This document shows positions 31,952 to 46,122 of a DNA stretch of 64,000 bases, piece by piece; the stretch's first letter is position 1; every line of letters starts with the position of its first letter. This stretch comes from the human T2T-CHM13v2.0 reference genome, Homo sapiens. A program made the translations under genes and the position numbers. The notes under the pieces are model-generated. The model was given only the letters and a program-made list of their open reading frames with translations, was not told the DNA's origin and did no database searches. The DNA lies in NCBI RefSeq assembly GCF_009914755.1, contig NC_060940.1; one strand, given 5' to 3'.

Positions 31952-32787
31952 TTGAATGTTAAAGAGTTTGAGTGACCACCTGCTGTCCTCTCACTCTCCA
32001 GCTCGAGACCCCTCATTTCTGTTTGGACCAGATCCTGGTGGGGCTCAACGGCTCCATGGCTGGGACCTGTAGGTGGCTGAAGGGATGCTCCTGGGCCACC
32101 AGCTGCGTGTTTGACTGCTCTATAGTCTCATCAGGACCACTTAGGAGCCGTGAGACCAGCAGTGGCCCCAACTGTCTGCTGCTCAGCCCTCCTCGGTCAA
32201 TAGCAGGAGTTAGACCTTGCCTACCTGCTGCTCTGCACTTAAGTCAGGCATTGCTTATTTGTGTGTTGTCCTTAACAAGGTGGCATGACTTTAGGACACT
32301 GGCCCTCTGTTGTTGTCGAGCCTGAAGACTCGCTTCATAAGAGCCTGCCCATCTGACTCTGCGTGGGGCTGAGAAGGGTAGCAGGTGCTGGCGGAAAGAG
32401 TGTGGGCTCTGGAGACGAATTCGTTTGGGTTGAAGTCCTGGTTCAGTTTCTGTCTGTGTGCACGTGGAACCTTCAACATCGGGTACCTATTGTCTAATCA
32501 GTATCCATTCCCCCTTTCCTGGTAATCTGTTTTTTCTTTGGGGAACCCTCTGTCCAGCCCTCAATCCATGTGGTTTATGTGGGCCTGTCATCCCACTACG
32601 TCGGCTACTTTCCAGGCACACTGGTTCAGGGTGTGTGTGTGTCTTGGTCAGGGCCAGCCACTGCTGTCACAGTGCTGCTGGGGTCTCAGAGCAGGAGGCA
32701 CATGCCTTTACTTGCTGGATTTGGACTGGAGAGGCTGGGGCTGGGGCTCCTCGTTTTGCACTCAAGGGACTCAGACGTTCCCTCCAC

Positions 32788-32930
32788 TTTTTTTTTTTTT
32801 TTTTTAAAGACACAGGGTCTTGCTGTGTTGCCCAGGCTGGAGCGCAGCTGGACGATCATAGTTCACTGCAGCCTCAACCTTCTGGGCTCAAGCAATCCCT
32901 CCCGCCTCGGCCTCCTGAGGAGCTGGGAGC
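32788..32930 (-). mobile_element. Alu monomer (FRAM or 5'-truncated AluJ)
   Basis: poly-T, gacacagggtcttgc...ctgggctcaagcaatcc. Confidence 0.8.
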
Positions 32931-33980
32931 ACTGGTGTCCAGCATCACTCTCGGTGGGACTGAGAAGTCTTGCCTGAGAATGGAGTCGATGCAGAGGAAG
33001 GTAGAGCCAAGAGACAGAGAAAGTGAATCCAGCCAGGCCTGAAGCTCCCTCTCCCTCTGGACTCCTCCACTGCCGAGCTTCCACCACCTTTCTGGTCCCC
33101 CTGGGCTTGTCTTCTTTTTTCCAGCTGCATCCTTGCTTCAGGTTGTAGCCAAGGTGTCCTCACCTGCTGGCCATTTTCTCTCACATGTTCCCTCCCTCCC
33201 TCGTTCCCTCCCTACCTCCTCTTCTCCCCTATCTCCTCCCCTCCTCTCTCCCTTCTCTCTTGTTTCACTCTGCTCCGGTCTATTTTGTATTTGTTTGATG
33301 GGCTGAATCTCAAGTGGCCTTTACCTTTTCAGATACTAAGTTTGTAAACAGGAGACCTCATCGTTGCTCTCCCCACTGCTTGAAATAACTGCCTTCTGGG
33401 CACTGTTTTCACCTGCAACCCTGTTTTGAGGAGTAATTGAGAGAATTAGATGTAAAGTTCCCAGCACAGCCTTTAGTGCAGAGTGAGGCTTCATAAGCTG
33501 TTTTTCCCACCACCTCCCTCACTTTTTACACAGACTCCAAAACCCCTGGGTGGTTTGGGAAGTTAGGTTATTTGATTTGTGCAGAGTACAAGGTCAGGGC
33601 ACCGTTTCATTCATTCAGCCAACATTGATTGAATACTCCTTGAGTACCAGGCACAGTTCTGGGTATACTTCAGGCCCAAGGAGACTCCTCAGGTTTAGTG
33701 GGAGAGATGGACACTAAACATATAAGCAAGCAGGTAATTTCGAATACATATTCTGATACAGCCCAACCTTTTCCCACAAGGCCTTGTAACCATCTAGAGA
33801 AATCCCTGGCTGACAGATAACAGAAGCTCTGTTCATTGGGTACCTGTAACGTGCTGGGCCCCGGGGTAGCTTTCCCTGCAGCTTTTTTCCTTCTAACAGC
33901 TCTGTGAGGATGGGACTGTTGCCTCCATTTTACAGATGTGAGAAACCAAGGCTCTGAGAGGTGGATGTGCTGAAGCTCAC

Positions 33981-34429
33981 TGTATTAGTCAGGGTTCTCC
34001 ACAAAAGTGGACCAATAGGGGTGTGTGTGTGTGTGTCTGTGTGTGTAGACAGATTGAGATCGATCGATATTTTAAGGAATTGACCCATGTTATGGTGGCA
34101 TCTGTCAACTCCAGAATCTGCAGGGTGGGCCTCTAGGCTGGAGTCCAGAGAGAAACTGATGTTGCAACTCAAGTCCAAAGGCCGTCTGGGGGCAGAATTC
34201 ATACTTCCTTATGAAACCTCCGTTTTTTGTTTGTTTGTTTGTTTTTTCTTCTTAAAGCCTTCAGCTGATTGGATGAGGCCCACTCTCATTATGGAAGATA
34301 ATGTGCTTTACTGATTAAACTGTTAATCTCATTTAAAAAATACCTTTACAATGACATTTAGACTGGTGTTGGATGAAATATCTGGGTACTGTGACCTAGC
34401 CACATTGACACATGAAGTTAATCATTACA
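33981..34429 (-). mobile_element. MLT2 (C/D-like) ERVL solo LTR nested in a MIR
   Basis: tgtattagtcagggttctcc...(tg)n...ctgattggatgaggcccac...ttaatcattaca; degenerate 5-bp TSD ctcac/gtcat; MIR continues on both sides. Confidence 0.85.
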
Positions 34430-35069
34430 GTCATCCACCTAGAAAGTAGTAGAGCCGAGATTCCTACCCAGATCTGTCTGTTAAACCCATGCTTTCCCCA
34501 GTGCTTCTGAAGTTTATTCTCTCAGACGTGTTCTAGGGATAGTGTATGTTGCCTCTCCTGGGCCTCGGTGGTGGTGTGTGACGAGCTAGCCCAGAGACGC
34601 CTGCCTATGTGGGGCAGCCTCTGTGTGACTGGCTAGCATTTACCATGTACTTTGTCCTGAGAAAAAATGCGCCATGTTCGCCTTTCCCCCCGGAGACTGA
34701 AAACTGATTGTGTGCCATGAGTCACATGGGGAGCCAGGTTAGAGTGGGAGGGACTCGGAAGTGGACATCAGGGTTGGCGGAAAGCAGAACCATTGACTTT
34801 CCGCTTCTCAGGAGCAGGGCTGTGTGTAGACTGGACCTGCTCTTTGTCCTTGAAGGCTACTTCGTCCATGGTAGACAGAAGCCATTGCCTGGAAGAGGAG
34901 CCTGGGGAAGTGTTAATAGAACTGGAGCGGGAAAGGCAGGCACAGAGCTTCTGGTTGGAGGAACCTGGGTCCAATCCCAGCCCTGTCATTTACTAGCTCT
35001 GAGCTCACGGAATAAGTTGCCATCTCTGAGCTTCAGTATTTCCATTTGAGGAGTAAAGATGATATATAT

Positions 35070-35960
<891 letters not shown>

Positions 35961-37672
35961 CAACATTGACTTTATAGAATTGTTTGCAGTTTAAAAGTGA
36001 TGACACACGCAAAGTAGCAGGCAGTGGTTGGTGTTGTGGGTTGGAAATGCATTTAGGAGAGTGTCCAGGCTGTGGAAGGTCACAGCACATTAGCAGACAC
36101 CTGTAAGTTAGTTTCTCCAAGTGGATAAATAATTAAGATGAGAATTATAGAGCAAACCTTTTCAAAAGCTTTTCCATCCATTACCCTGACAAAACAGTAT
36201 TTGTGTGATTAGCCAGTTTCCCGACCTTTAAGTAAACCCTGAACAGGTAAGCCCCAGTACCCAGCTATGTGGCCACCCCAAATTGCAAGGTGGGCTGGGA
36301 GACGTGGGGCTTATTTGGCAGATAAGGAAGGAGCGATGAATACTGGGTAGGCAGCCAGGAGTCCCTGCTGCTTCTGGTGGCCTTGTGGGAGGATGAGGCT
36401 GTTGGAGTCAGGGATGGAGGGTGCTAAAGTCCCATCAAGCCACCCCTTTTTGCCCCACTCCTTGGGAAAACGTCATCAAATGTTGGGTCATAGCTGCAAG
36501 AGGATCCAGTCCCAGGTTCTAAAAGTGGCCCTCGTCTCTCTGGCGACCTCCATTAAGGGGTAACGTTTTATTTGTTCGACCTGATTTCCTCCCTGGCAGG
36601 AGGCTTTCTTCTCCCAAATCACTGCAAATGGAATTGCCTGGAAATATCAAGTATCGATTCACGATTGTTGTTCATTTCATTTTTATTGTTTGGTAGGAAA
36701 CAAAGACCCAGAAACACAACAGGAACAATTGGAGTGCCTCAGCTCCCTCCTCGGAAGGAGGCCAGACGTATATTTATTGTTGTCGTCATTAACTTTTTGG
36801 GGCTGTCTCAGCATTGTGTTTATTGGTGTAGTTTGTCAGTCAGCTTTTGTTTTCAACTGCTTTCTGTCCTGGGAGCTGACAGGTGGCTTGTTTTGTAAAA
36901 AGCCACTTTGATTTTGAAAACTGCTCTATTTTAAGTTTCTAATTGCAGCTTTTGTAAGGAAACTGGTCATTTTGTTTTGCTCGAGTGGGTAATGATGCCG
37001 TGGACCTTGGTTGAGAGTGACTTGCCTGAATATTTTTTTTTTTCTCAGACTGAATGGAAGAATCGATACCCTGCACAGAGAGAGAGCCTCTCTCCTGGTC
37101 TGGGCTTAATTCACTGGTTTATGGCTTCACTTGCATTCTTTGCATTTCCGTAGAAATAGACTCCCTCCTTGTCTTCCCTGTGGGGTGCCTTCTATTTACT
37201 CTGCAGTCTCCCTGATGCCTGGCACACCACACTGACCTCCAGATACCCCTGCTCCAGGAAGCCATCCATGATTTCCCTGCCATCATTTTTGCTAGTTGGT
37301 CACTCCCAGGTCTATTGCTGCCTATTTTATACTTTAAAAATGTAATCTCTTTATTTCTGTGGTGACAGATTCAAGAAACATTAGCCAGGATATAAGGTCA
37401 TGAGAGTAGGGACTGAGTTGATGTTGATACTGTTGTGCACCTAGCTTCCAAAACAGTGCCTGGTCCCTGGTGGGTTATCAGTAGACATTTGATGAATAAA
37501 TGAGTGAGTGAATGCATGAATGAGTTTGCTGAGCACCCAGTAATAATAGCCAACATGCATTAAGCACCATTGCTAGACCCTGTGCTAACTGCTTCATGGC
37601 AACTGTCCTGTGAGGTGGGTACTATTATCCCCATTTACACGGGAGAACTGAAGCTTAGAAAGGTCAGAGACC

Positions 37673-37790
37673 GGCTGGGCACGGCGGCTTCCACCTGTAA
37701 TCCCAGCACTTTGAGAGGCTGAGGTAGGAGGAGGGTTGCTTAAGGCCAGGAGTTTGAGACGCAATCTCTACAGAAAAAAAAAAAAAAAAT
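37673..37790 (+). mobile_element. FLAM/Alu left monomer nested in a MIR
   Basis: ggctgggcacggcggct...ggccaggagtttgagac...poly-A. Confidence 0.78.
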
Positions 37791-39205
37791 CAGAAGGTGT
37801 ATAATGGGGCCAGACTCTCTGGGCTAAAGTCCCCTCCATGCACTCTATGTAAGTATTAGATTGTTATCATCAAGCGCTTTGCCCCAGGTGCACAGCTGGG
37901 GAGTGGCAGGGCCTGGATCTCTGATGTCCTGATACAGAAGTGAGTAATACTCTATATCTACCCACCTGGGGCTCATAGACTGGGGTGACTGGGTAGGCAC
38001 AGGAACCTGGGCTCCAGAGGGGGGTGCCTGGTCTTTTTAGTTCAAGATTTCTGCCAGGCAGTGGAACAGGCAGGCAGGTGGACCTTGAGTCCTATGATGC
38101 CCTAGTTGGGTGCACTTAATTAGAGTCACTGGGAGGCATTTGAGGTACGTGCTGTACCCAGAATTCCTCAGCTTGCACAGCTTCCCCTTACCCTTTGTTT
38201 CTGATTTTGTCCTCGTAATCTCACTGTTTTGGGGAATGAATTCCTCCAAAAACACCCCGTTTCCTGCCTGTGGAGCCAATTAAGCCAAGCAAGGCTGTAC
38301 CTTTAATTACTGCTGCCCTCATTTGCATCTGGCTGCCCTCATTATAGTGCTATTAGCAGAGTGCAGGGGTCCTCCTGCTGGCCCATCGGGAGTGGTGCGT
38401 GCACAGTTGTGGGGCCTTGCTTTGGTGGTCTTTGCTGCCTTCTGGGCAAAATGAAGGATTTGGAGTAGACAGCAAGCAGGCATACATCCTGGGCCAGAAG
38501 CAGCCTGCGGAGCTCATCGTGGCTTGCCTTAAATTGTTTCTCAACAATAAAGTTGTTGAAAAACAATTTGTGTTTTCTTTCTCCTTATTAAAAACCCAAA
38601 ATTATATTCATTATAGAAAATTAAAGAAGATAGACACAAGAGAAAAAGGAGAAAATAAAATATCATTGATAAACCCTCAAGCACTGTTAATATTTTGGAA
38701 TATATTTTTCCGAGTAGGTATGGCACTTTGCCACAAACAGTCTTGGGAGAAGCATTCTCTGCCTGAAGGGCTTTGTGACCCCTCCCCTGACCCTTTCCTT
38801 GACACATGGACTTTTTATGGGCTCAGAAGAAATATGATGGCACAAAAAGCAATAAATCATTGGTAGGGAGTTTGGGAAAATCAGATGAAGGTACAATGTG
38901 AGTGTACATAACATCAAGCACCTGCCAGCAGCCAGCCACACGTGTGTCCGAGATGACAAGAAGTCGGGTTTGATGGGCATGCAAGCTGACCACTGGTCTT
39001 GTCTGCTCCTTCATGTCTTCCTAAGGAAGGTGAGACAGCATTCATTATGCAGCCTGTACTGGGAAGCCTTATAGCATGAAGACTTAGATTGTGGGTGTTG
39101 GCCGAGAAAGTTCTAGCTCTGCCCTTTGCTAGCAGTGTGACCTTGGGCACATTGCCTGCCCATGTGCCCTCCCCACCCCACCCACCCCTACATCTCGTTT
39201 TGGAT

Positions 39206-39322
39206 CATTTCTGTTGCTGAGTCTTCAAATTCACTCGCTTTCTCCATTTCTGTTGCTAAGTCTTCAAGTTCATTCATCTTCTCCATTTCTAGTGCTGAGT
39301 CTTCAAGTTCACTTGTCTTCTC
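39206..39322. repeat. 3 x 39-bp imperfect tandem repeat
   Basis: catttctgttgctgagtcttcaa(a/g)ttcac...ttctc at 39206, 39245 and 39284. Confidence 0.88.
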
Positions 39323-39450
39323 TTCTGCAGTTTGCCCACGACACTTTCATGAGGCCACAGCTAGCTGCAAGGGATGCTGGGAAACATAGTCTCTTTGTTT
39401 TCCACCTAGGTGGCCAAGCACCCAGCAAAAATTGCTGATTTTCTTGCTAA

Positions 39451-39813
<363 letters not shown>

Positions 39814-40845
39814 TAGCAGCCACTGTGCTTTTGATGAGCCATCTGGGAGGAGGTTCTGGCTTTGCTAGAGATACGGTGATGGGGTCAGTTCAGTGGAGAC
39901 ATGTGAAATATGGTCTCTACTCAATACTTTGAAACCTACAGGTGGTAGTGTGTCTAACACCTGTAGACAGGTAGTACAGGTAGTATATCTACCACCTGTA
40001 GTATGTCTGCCACCCGTAGGTGAGGCAGTGACTCATCCCTGTTTGGGTGAAACAGGGTTGATCCTTCTCTTAATGTTTCAGCAGTAAGATGGCCAGCTGC
40101 TTTTAGTCCCATGCTTATTTCCCCTGTAAATCTAGGGTGTTCTTGGAGCATGAATGATTGGATTTACCATGGGCATATGTGCTGTTTATCTGCTATTGAT
40201 CAGTGCCAAGTGAATTTCATTCAACTGGAATTCAGACCCAGGTCTAAATCTTGGCTTCATGCTCATGTCATTTGGGGATGGCATAACTCAGCCTCATCCT
40301 CCATCTATAAAACGTGGATGGTAACTGCCTGGCTTACTGAACAGTAGATCCAGGCTTGTGAGTGTAAGTTTTAAACTACTCTTTCTGTATAATTTGGTTC
40401 CTCATTGGGAGACAATAAAATTTTTCTTGGTTTCCCATGACTTGTTATCACTTTTCCCACCTTTTGGGGACAATTTTTAGCTGGAGAGTTCCAATTATGA
40501 CAGTTGACATCCAATTAAATATGAATTATGGAAGGCTCTATTATTTGCAATGATAAAAAAATTGTTTGGATATATTACAGAGAATTGATTTCAGTGGAAG
40601 TAGACACTGGAGCTTGTACTTCATACTTTGATTTTTTAAATAATTTAATACTTTATTAGATTTTTAAAAATGAGTAATATATGCCCTTTATAACAAGTCT
40701 AGCAGTGCAGAGGTACGTAAAGAAGTTAATCTCTCCCGATGCTACCCTTTTTAGATCACCAGAGGTAATCACACAAATCTACTCCACAAACAAACGTATA
40801 TCTATTCTTCCTATTTCTTTTCCAAAAATGGAATTACAGTCTATG

Positions 40846-41049
40846 TCAGGAGTTGGGAAACCATGGCCCATGGGCATGCCACCTTTTTAAATAAAGTTTT
40901 ATTGGATCATGGCCATATTCATTCATTATTTCCATCTCCGCTTTTGAGCTATAACACAAGAGTTGAATAGTTCTTGCAGAGACCTGTGGCCTGCAAACCC
41001 CAAAATATTTACCATCTGGCCCGCTGAAGAAAATGTGTGCTGATCCCTG
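40846..41049. mobile_element. MER58A hAT-Charlie MITE
   Basis: caggagttgggaaacc...aataaagttttattgga...aaaatatttaccatctggccc...gctgatccctg. Confidence 0.82.
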
Positions 41050-41199
41050 GTCAACCTTGCTTTTTTCAGGTAAGAGTGTATCACTGAACAGTCAGGAATT
41101 TTCCTCCTGATCAAAAGATGTATAGCTAAATCATTAATATCTGCATATTAGAGTCCATCATGTGGCTATGCTATAATTTTTCAAATCATTTCCTCATAG

Positions 41200-41533
<334 letters not shown>

Positions 41534-41751
41534 CTGTTTCCAGGTTTTTGCTACTACAAAGAGGATTGTAGTAAGCTGTCTCCTTATATCCTGGGGCCTT
41601 TTGGCAGGAAGGAGGTTCAGAAGTGCTGTTGCTGATTCAAAGCGTGGGTGCAGCGTCCATCATTTGGTTTGCAAACCACATGTTATATCGTCAGTTGTCA
41701 TCTTTGATCTACATCATCTTTTTTTTTTTTTTGATGTAACATCTTCTATAA

Positions 41752-41995
41752 AAGTGGTTTTCAGTCCTTTTTGACTGTGGCCCACAGTAAGAAATACTCT
41801 TTTAAGCATACACATATGTGTATATAGTCATTGAGACACAACCTTCTGGGAACAATACTTAACCTTTATTACGTGCAGAACGTTCTCATGTTTTATGTCC
41901 TGTTCTACTCTGTTTTAGCAAACGCCACTTGTGACTTACTGATTATTTTCGCTACCTTGCTAATGACATACAACCTGTAGTGTGAAGGCAGTTGT
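41752..41995. mobile_element. MER119-like hAT-Charlie remnant
   Basis: gtggttttcag...tttttgactgtggcccacagtaagaaatac. Confidence 0.55.
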
Positions 41996-42766
41996 TGTGT
42001 AGAAAGGGGTAATATTCTGGAATGCCGTGGTGTACTTAAGTTTGATGTTCTTGTCTGTTCGTGAAGACCATTCTTCCCTTTCTCTCTTCCTTATTGAATG
42101 TATAAACATGTTTTCTCTTATTGAAAATTCATGCGTATTTTAACACATAATGTTTTTCTAATTGCAAAGTGACGCACAGACCAGTTTCCTCTGGAAATGA
42201 GGATTGTCCTGTGGTTTTTGTGTTTCACTGAAAAGAGTGGATTTAGGGGCTTTGCTACCACCATGCAGTGTAGACATACCTCTTGGCCAAGCCACCTTCT
42301 AGGTGATTTGTCCTATCTTGGGTCTGGCTCAATCACTCGTACATTGATCCGGGTACCCCTCACTCCACAGCCCCCCAGCGCACACACGTGTACACACACG
42401 TGCACGTGCACGCACACACACCCCACCGGTACCTGTCCCGGCCTCAACTCTCTCTGTGTCCCTGACTGAGTGTCCTGCTTTGTTGGCTTTGGCCCAGACA
42501 AGCCTTGAAAACTGATTCTGCTGTTACTCCAGGGTCTCTTGCGACCTGCAGCCTTATTTTAGTAAGAAGAACCCCCACCCTTTCGCCACCGCGCTGTGAG
42601 TTGGAGGTAACAAGAATGTGTGTTATTTCACAGAGCTGAGAAGCTTGGGGTGCAGGTGTGGCTGGATCCAGGTGCTCAAACAGTTTACCAGGAAGATGCA
42701 TCACTTTTTGTGTTGGTTCTGCTTCCAGTGTAGGCTTATTTCATTTTCAGTCAGGTTTTCTTTATG

Positions 42767-42806
42767 GGAGGGAGGGAGGGAGGAAGGGAGGGAGGGAGGG
42801 AGGGAG
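42767..42806 (+). repeat. (GGGA)n microsatellite, G4-capable
   Basis: gggagggagggagggaggaagggagggagggagggaggga. Confidence 0.9.
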
Positions 42807-43791
42807 AGCAACAGATTCACAGGCACAAAAGCCCTGGGAGGTTAGGGGCCTGCATAGGACCCAGGGTGGCAGGAGGAAGAGGTGAGAGATGAACTGGAGA
42901 GACAGGCAGGGGTCAAGCAGGCAGACTCTGCGTGACCTGCTATGAGGCTGTGATTTTATCCTCAGGCTAGGGGGACCTGGTGAAAAATGGAAAGAGTGAA
43001 ATGACCTGAGCCAATTTGCATGTTTCTTCCCTGCTCGTGCTGATCTCCCCTGCGTGTTGCGTTGTTTCTGTGCACATCAGAGACTGGATTCTGCCTTTAA
43101 AGGGATGGTTACTTTTAGGCACCTAAAATATTTTTCTTTTCTTTTCCTTTTAATTTCTGACATTGTTTGAATTTAATGATTCATATTACGAATTATTCAT
43201 GAAAATGATCTTTTAAGCTTCTTATAATAGCTGAAATTATCCGTCATTAGATGCTGACAGTTCCTGTGATGGGTGTAATTATAAAAACATATTCTTAGGC
43301 TGGCTATATTCTGCAGTGTTAAAATTACGCAAATGAGCAAGGGATAAGAATAGCAGCTGAGTAGGATGGTCAGGTTTTATGGGAGAAGGGGGGTGGTAGC
43401 GCTGCACATTTTCTAAAAATGAATAAATATGTGCTGTACACATTAAGTACGTCTTTATTACAGTCTGCCTCGATGCTCACCCTCTCTTCATTGGCAGGGG
43501 AGCAAATTAATTTTAGCGCCCTGAATTGTTTGTAGTTCTTGCCCATATATGAATCGTATGATGAAGTTTTTTTTTTTTCTTCTTCTTCATTCCACTCGGC
43601 ATTTTCTGCGAGGCACACGTAGTAATCTCTGGTACTTCTGAAGAATGGCAAACTTGGCACTGATACGCAGCAGGCTGAGTGGGGAGGGGAGAGATTGGAG
43701 GGTGGGGGCAGAAAGCCGGGGGTCACTATCTAGATCACTGAGCCTGGGAAATCAGGCCCTCGTCTTGTTCCTGTCCAAAGGGTGACCAGAT

Positions 43792-44092
<301 letters not shown>

Positions 44093-44489
44093 GGATGAAC
44101 AGATGGGCTATTCATGGCTTATAGTGACCAGCAACTTGGGTTTAACTTTGGTGGCTTTGTGGGGAAGTATTGGGAAGGGAAGGACTGAACATCCGTCGCA
44201 TTTGCTGGAAAATTGTGGCGCCCAGGGCCCTGCATGCGTTGGTCCTGTCTGCCTGCTCTCCAGCGTGTCTGTTGAAAATGCCCCAACTGCCTCTTCCCCG
44301 CATGATCCCGTGCTTCCTTGGGTGCACTAAGGAACTCCCAAGAGAGGGGTTGTTTATTCCAGGGCACTGTCACTGACCGTACCATCTCATTTCAACTCAT
44401 CAGCAGTGACGAGCAAGTGAGCTCTCCCTTCTCCCTGCCTTGGAACTGGACCTTTCCACGTTAGGTAGAGAGGATGATAAAGAATAAAA

Positions 44490-44670
44490 GCTAAAATTTA
44501 AGTAGTGCTAACTCCATGCCGGGCACTGTTTGAAGATCTGTACATTGACTCATTGAATCGTCACATAAGCCTACATAGGTAGGTGCTATTACGATCTTCA
44601 TTCTGCAGATGCAGAAACACAGAGAGCTTAAGTCACTTGCCCAAGGTCACAGAGCAAATTAGGAAACAGA
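44490..44670 (-). mobile_element. MIR SINE
   Basis: atgccgggcactgt...cattctgcagatgcagaaac...taagtcacttgcccaaggtcacagagc. Confidence 0.8.
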
Positions 44671-45036
44671 AACAAGCCTGGTAAAGTTACATTGATTTCT
44701 GATGGGTGCAGGGGTGAGGGTGGGTTGAGGGGGTTGTATAGTGGGAGAAATGGTTGATCTGCCCACTGAAACATTCTCAAACAAGCGGGCTTGAAATTGA
44801 TGTCAGCCCATCCTCTAAGCCTCTCCTTTCCTTGTTAGCTCTTCCACAGTGGACATGCATTGTTTTTATAAGGGAAAAAGACCACTTGATAAAAGACAAC
44901 CACCAGCTTGTATGTTTACATCGAATGGACATTCAGTTGGGGCAGCTTCCCGCTGGGCTTCTGGTGCAGGCAGGAAGAAGAGTGGGGCTGGCTACTTCAT
45001 ATCTGGGTGAAGCTTCACAGTTTGCAGAGTGCTGTC

Positions 45037-45327
45037 TTTTTTCTTTGAGACAGAGTCTCTCTCTGTCACCCAGGCTGGAGTGCAATGGTGCAATCTTGGC
45101 TCCCTGCAACTTCTGTCTCCTGGGTTCCAGCAATTCTTCTGCCTCAGCCTCTTGGGTAGCTAGGACTACAGGCACCCGCCACCATGCCCAGCTAATTTTT
45201 GTATTTTTAGTAGAGATGAGGTTTTGCCATGTTGGCCAGTCTGTTCTCAAACTCCCGACCTCAGGTGATCCGCCCACCTCAGACTCCCAAAGTGCTGGGA
45301 TTACAGGTGTAAGCCACCACGCCCAGC
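45037..45327 (-). mobile_element. AluS SINE
   Basis: TSD tgcagagtgctgt. Confidence 0.92.
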
Positions 45328-45702
45328 CTGCAGAGTGCTGTTTTCATTTGGATGCTTTGACAGCCCTTTGAGGCCACAGGTGTAGATATTATTCTCACTT
45401 TGAAAGTGGCTAAACTGAGGCTCAATGCAGGGCTCTGCAACTGGCAAGTGGCGGAGTGGGCAACTGAGTTTAGGTCTTTGGATTCTAAATTTGGGACTCT
45501 GGCTCTTGTCTCCTTTTGACACTAGTGATCTGAAATGCGTTTCCTCAGTGTGAGTTGTCATTATGAGTAGGGTTTCTGGAGTCAGACCATGTAAGGGTGA
45601 ACCCCAATGCTACCACTCAGCAGCTGTGTGATGCTGGGCAAGTTACATACCCTCCCTGGGCCTCAGTTTACTTATGTGTAAAATCGAGATTATACTAGTA
45701 TT

Positions 45703-46122
<420 letters not shown>

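Noticed and set aside
32458-33042. 194-aa + strand ORF
   Set aside because: Spans MIR, Alu and MLT1 fragments; no domain or exon structure.
39402-39413. 12-bp palindrome ccacctaggtgg as a CTCF site
   Set aside because: Poor fit to the full CTCF motif, and a palindrome of this length is expected by chance in 64 kb.
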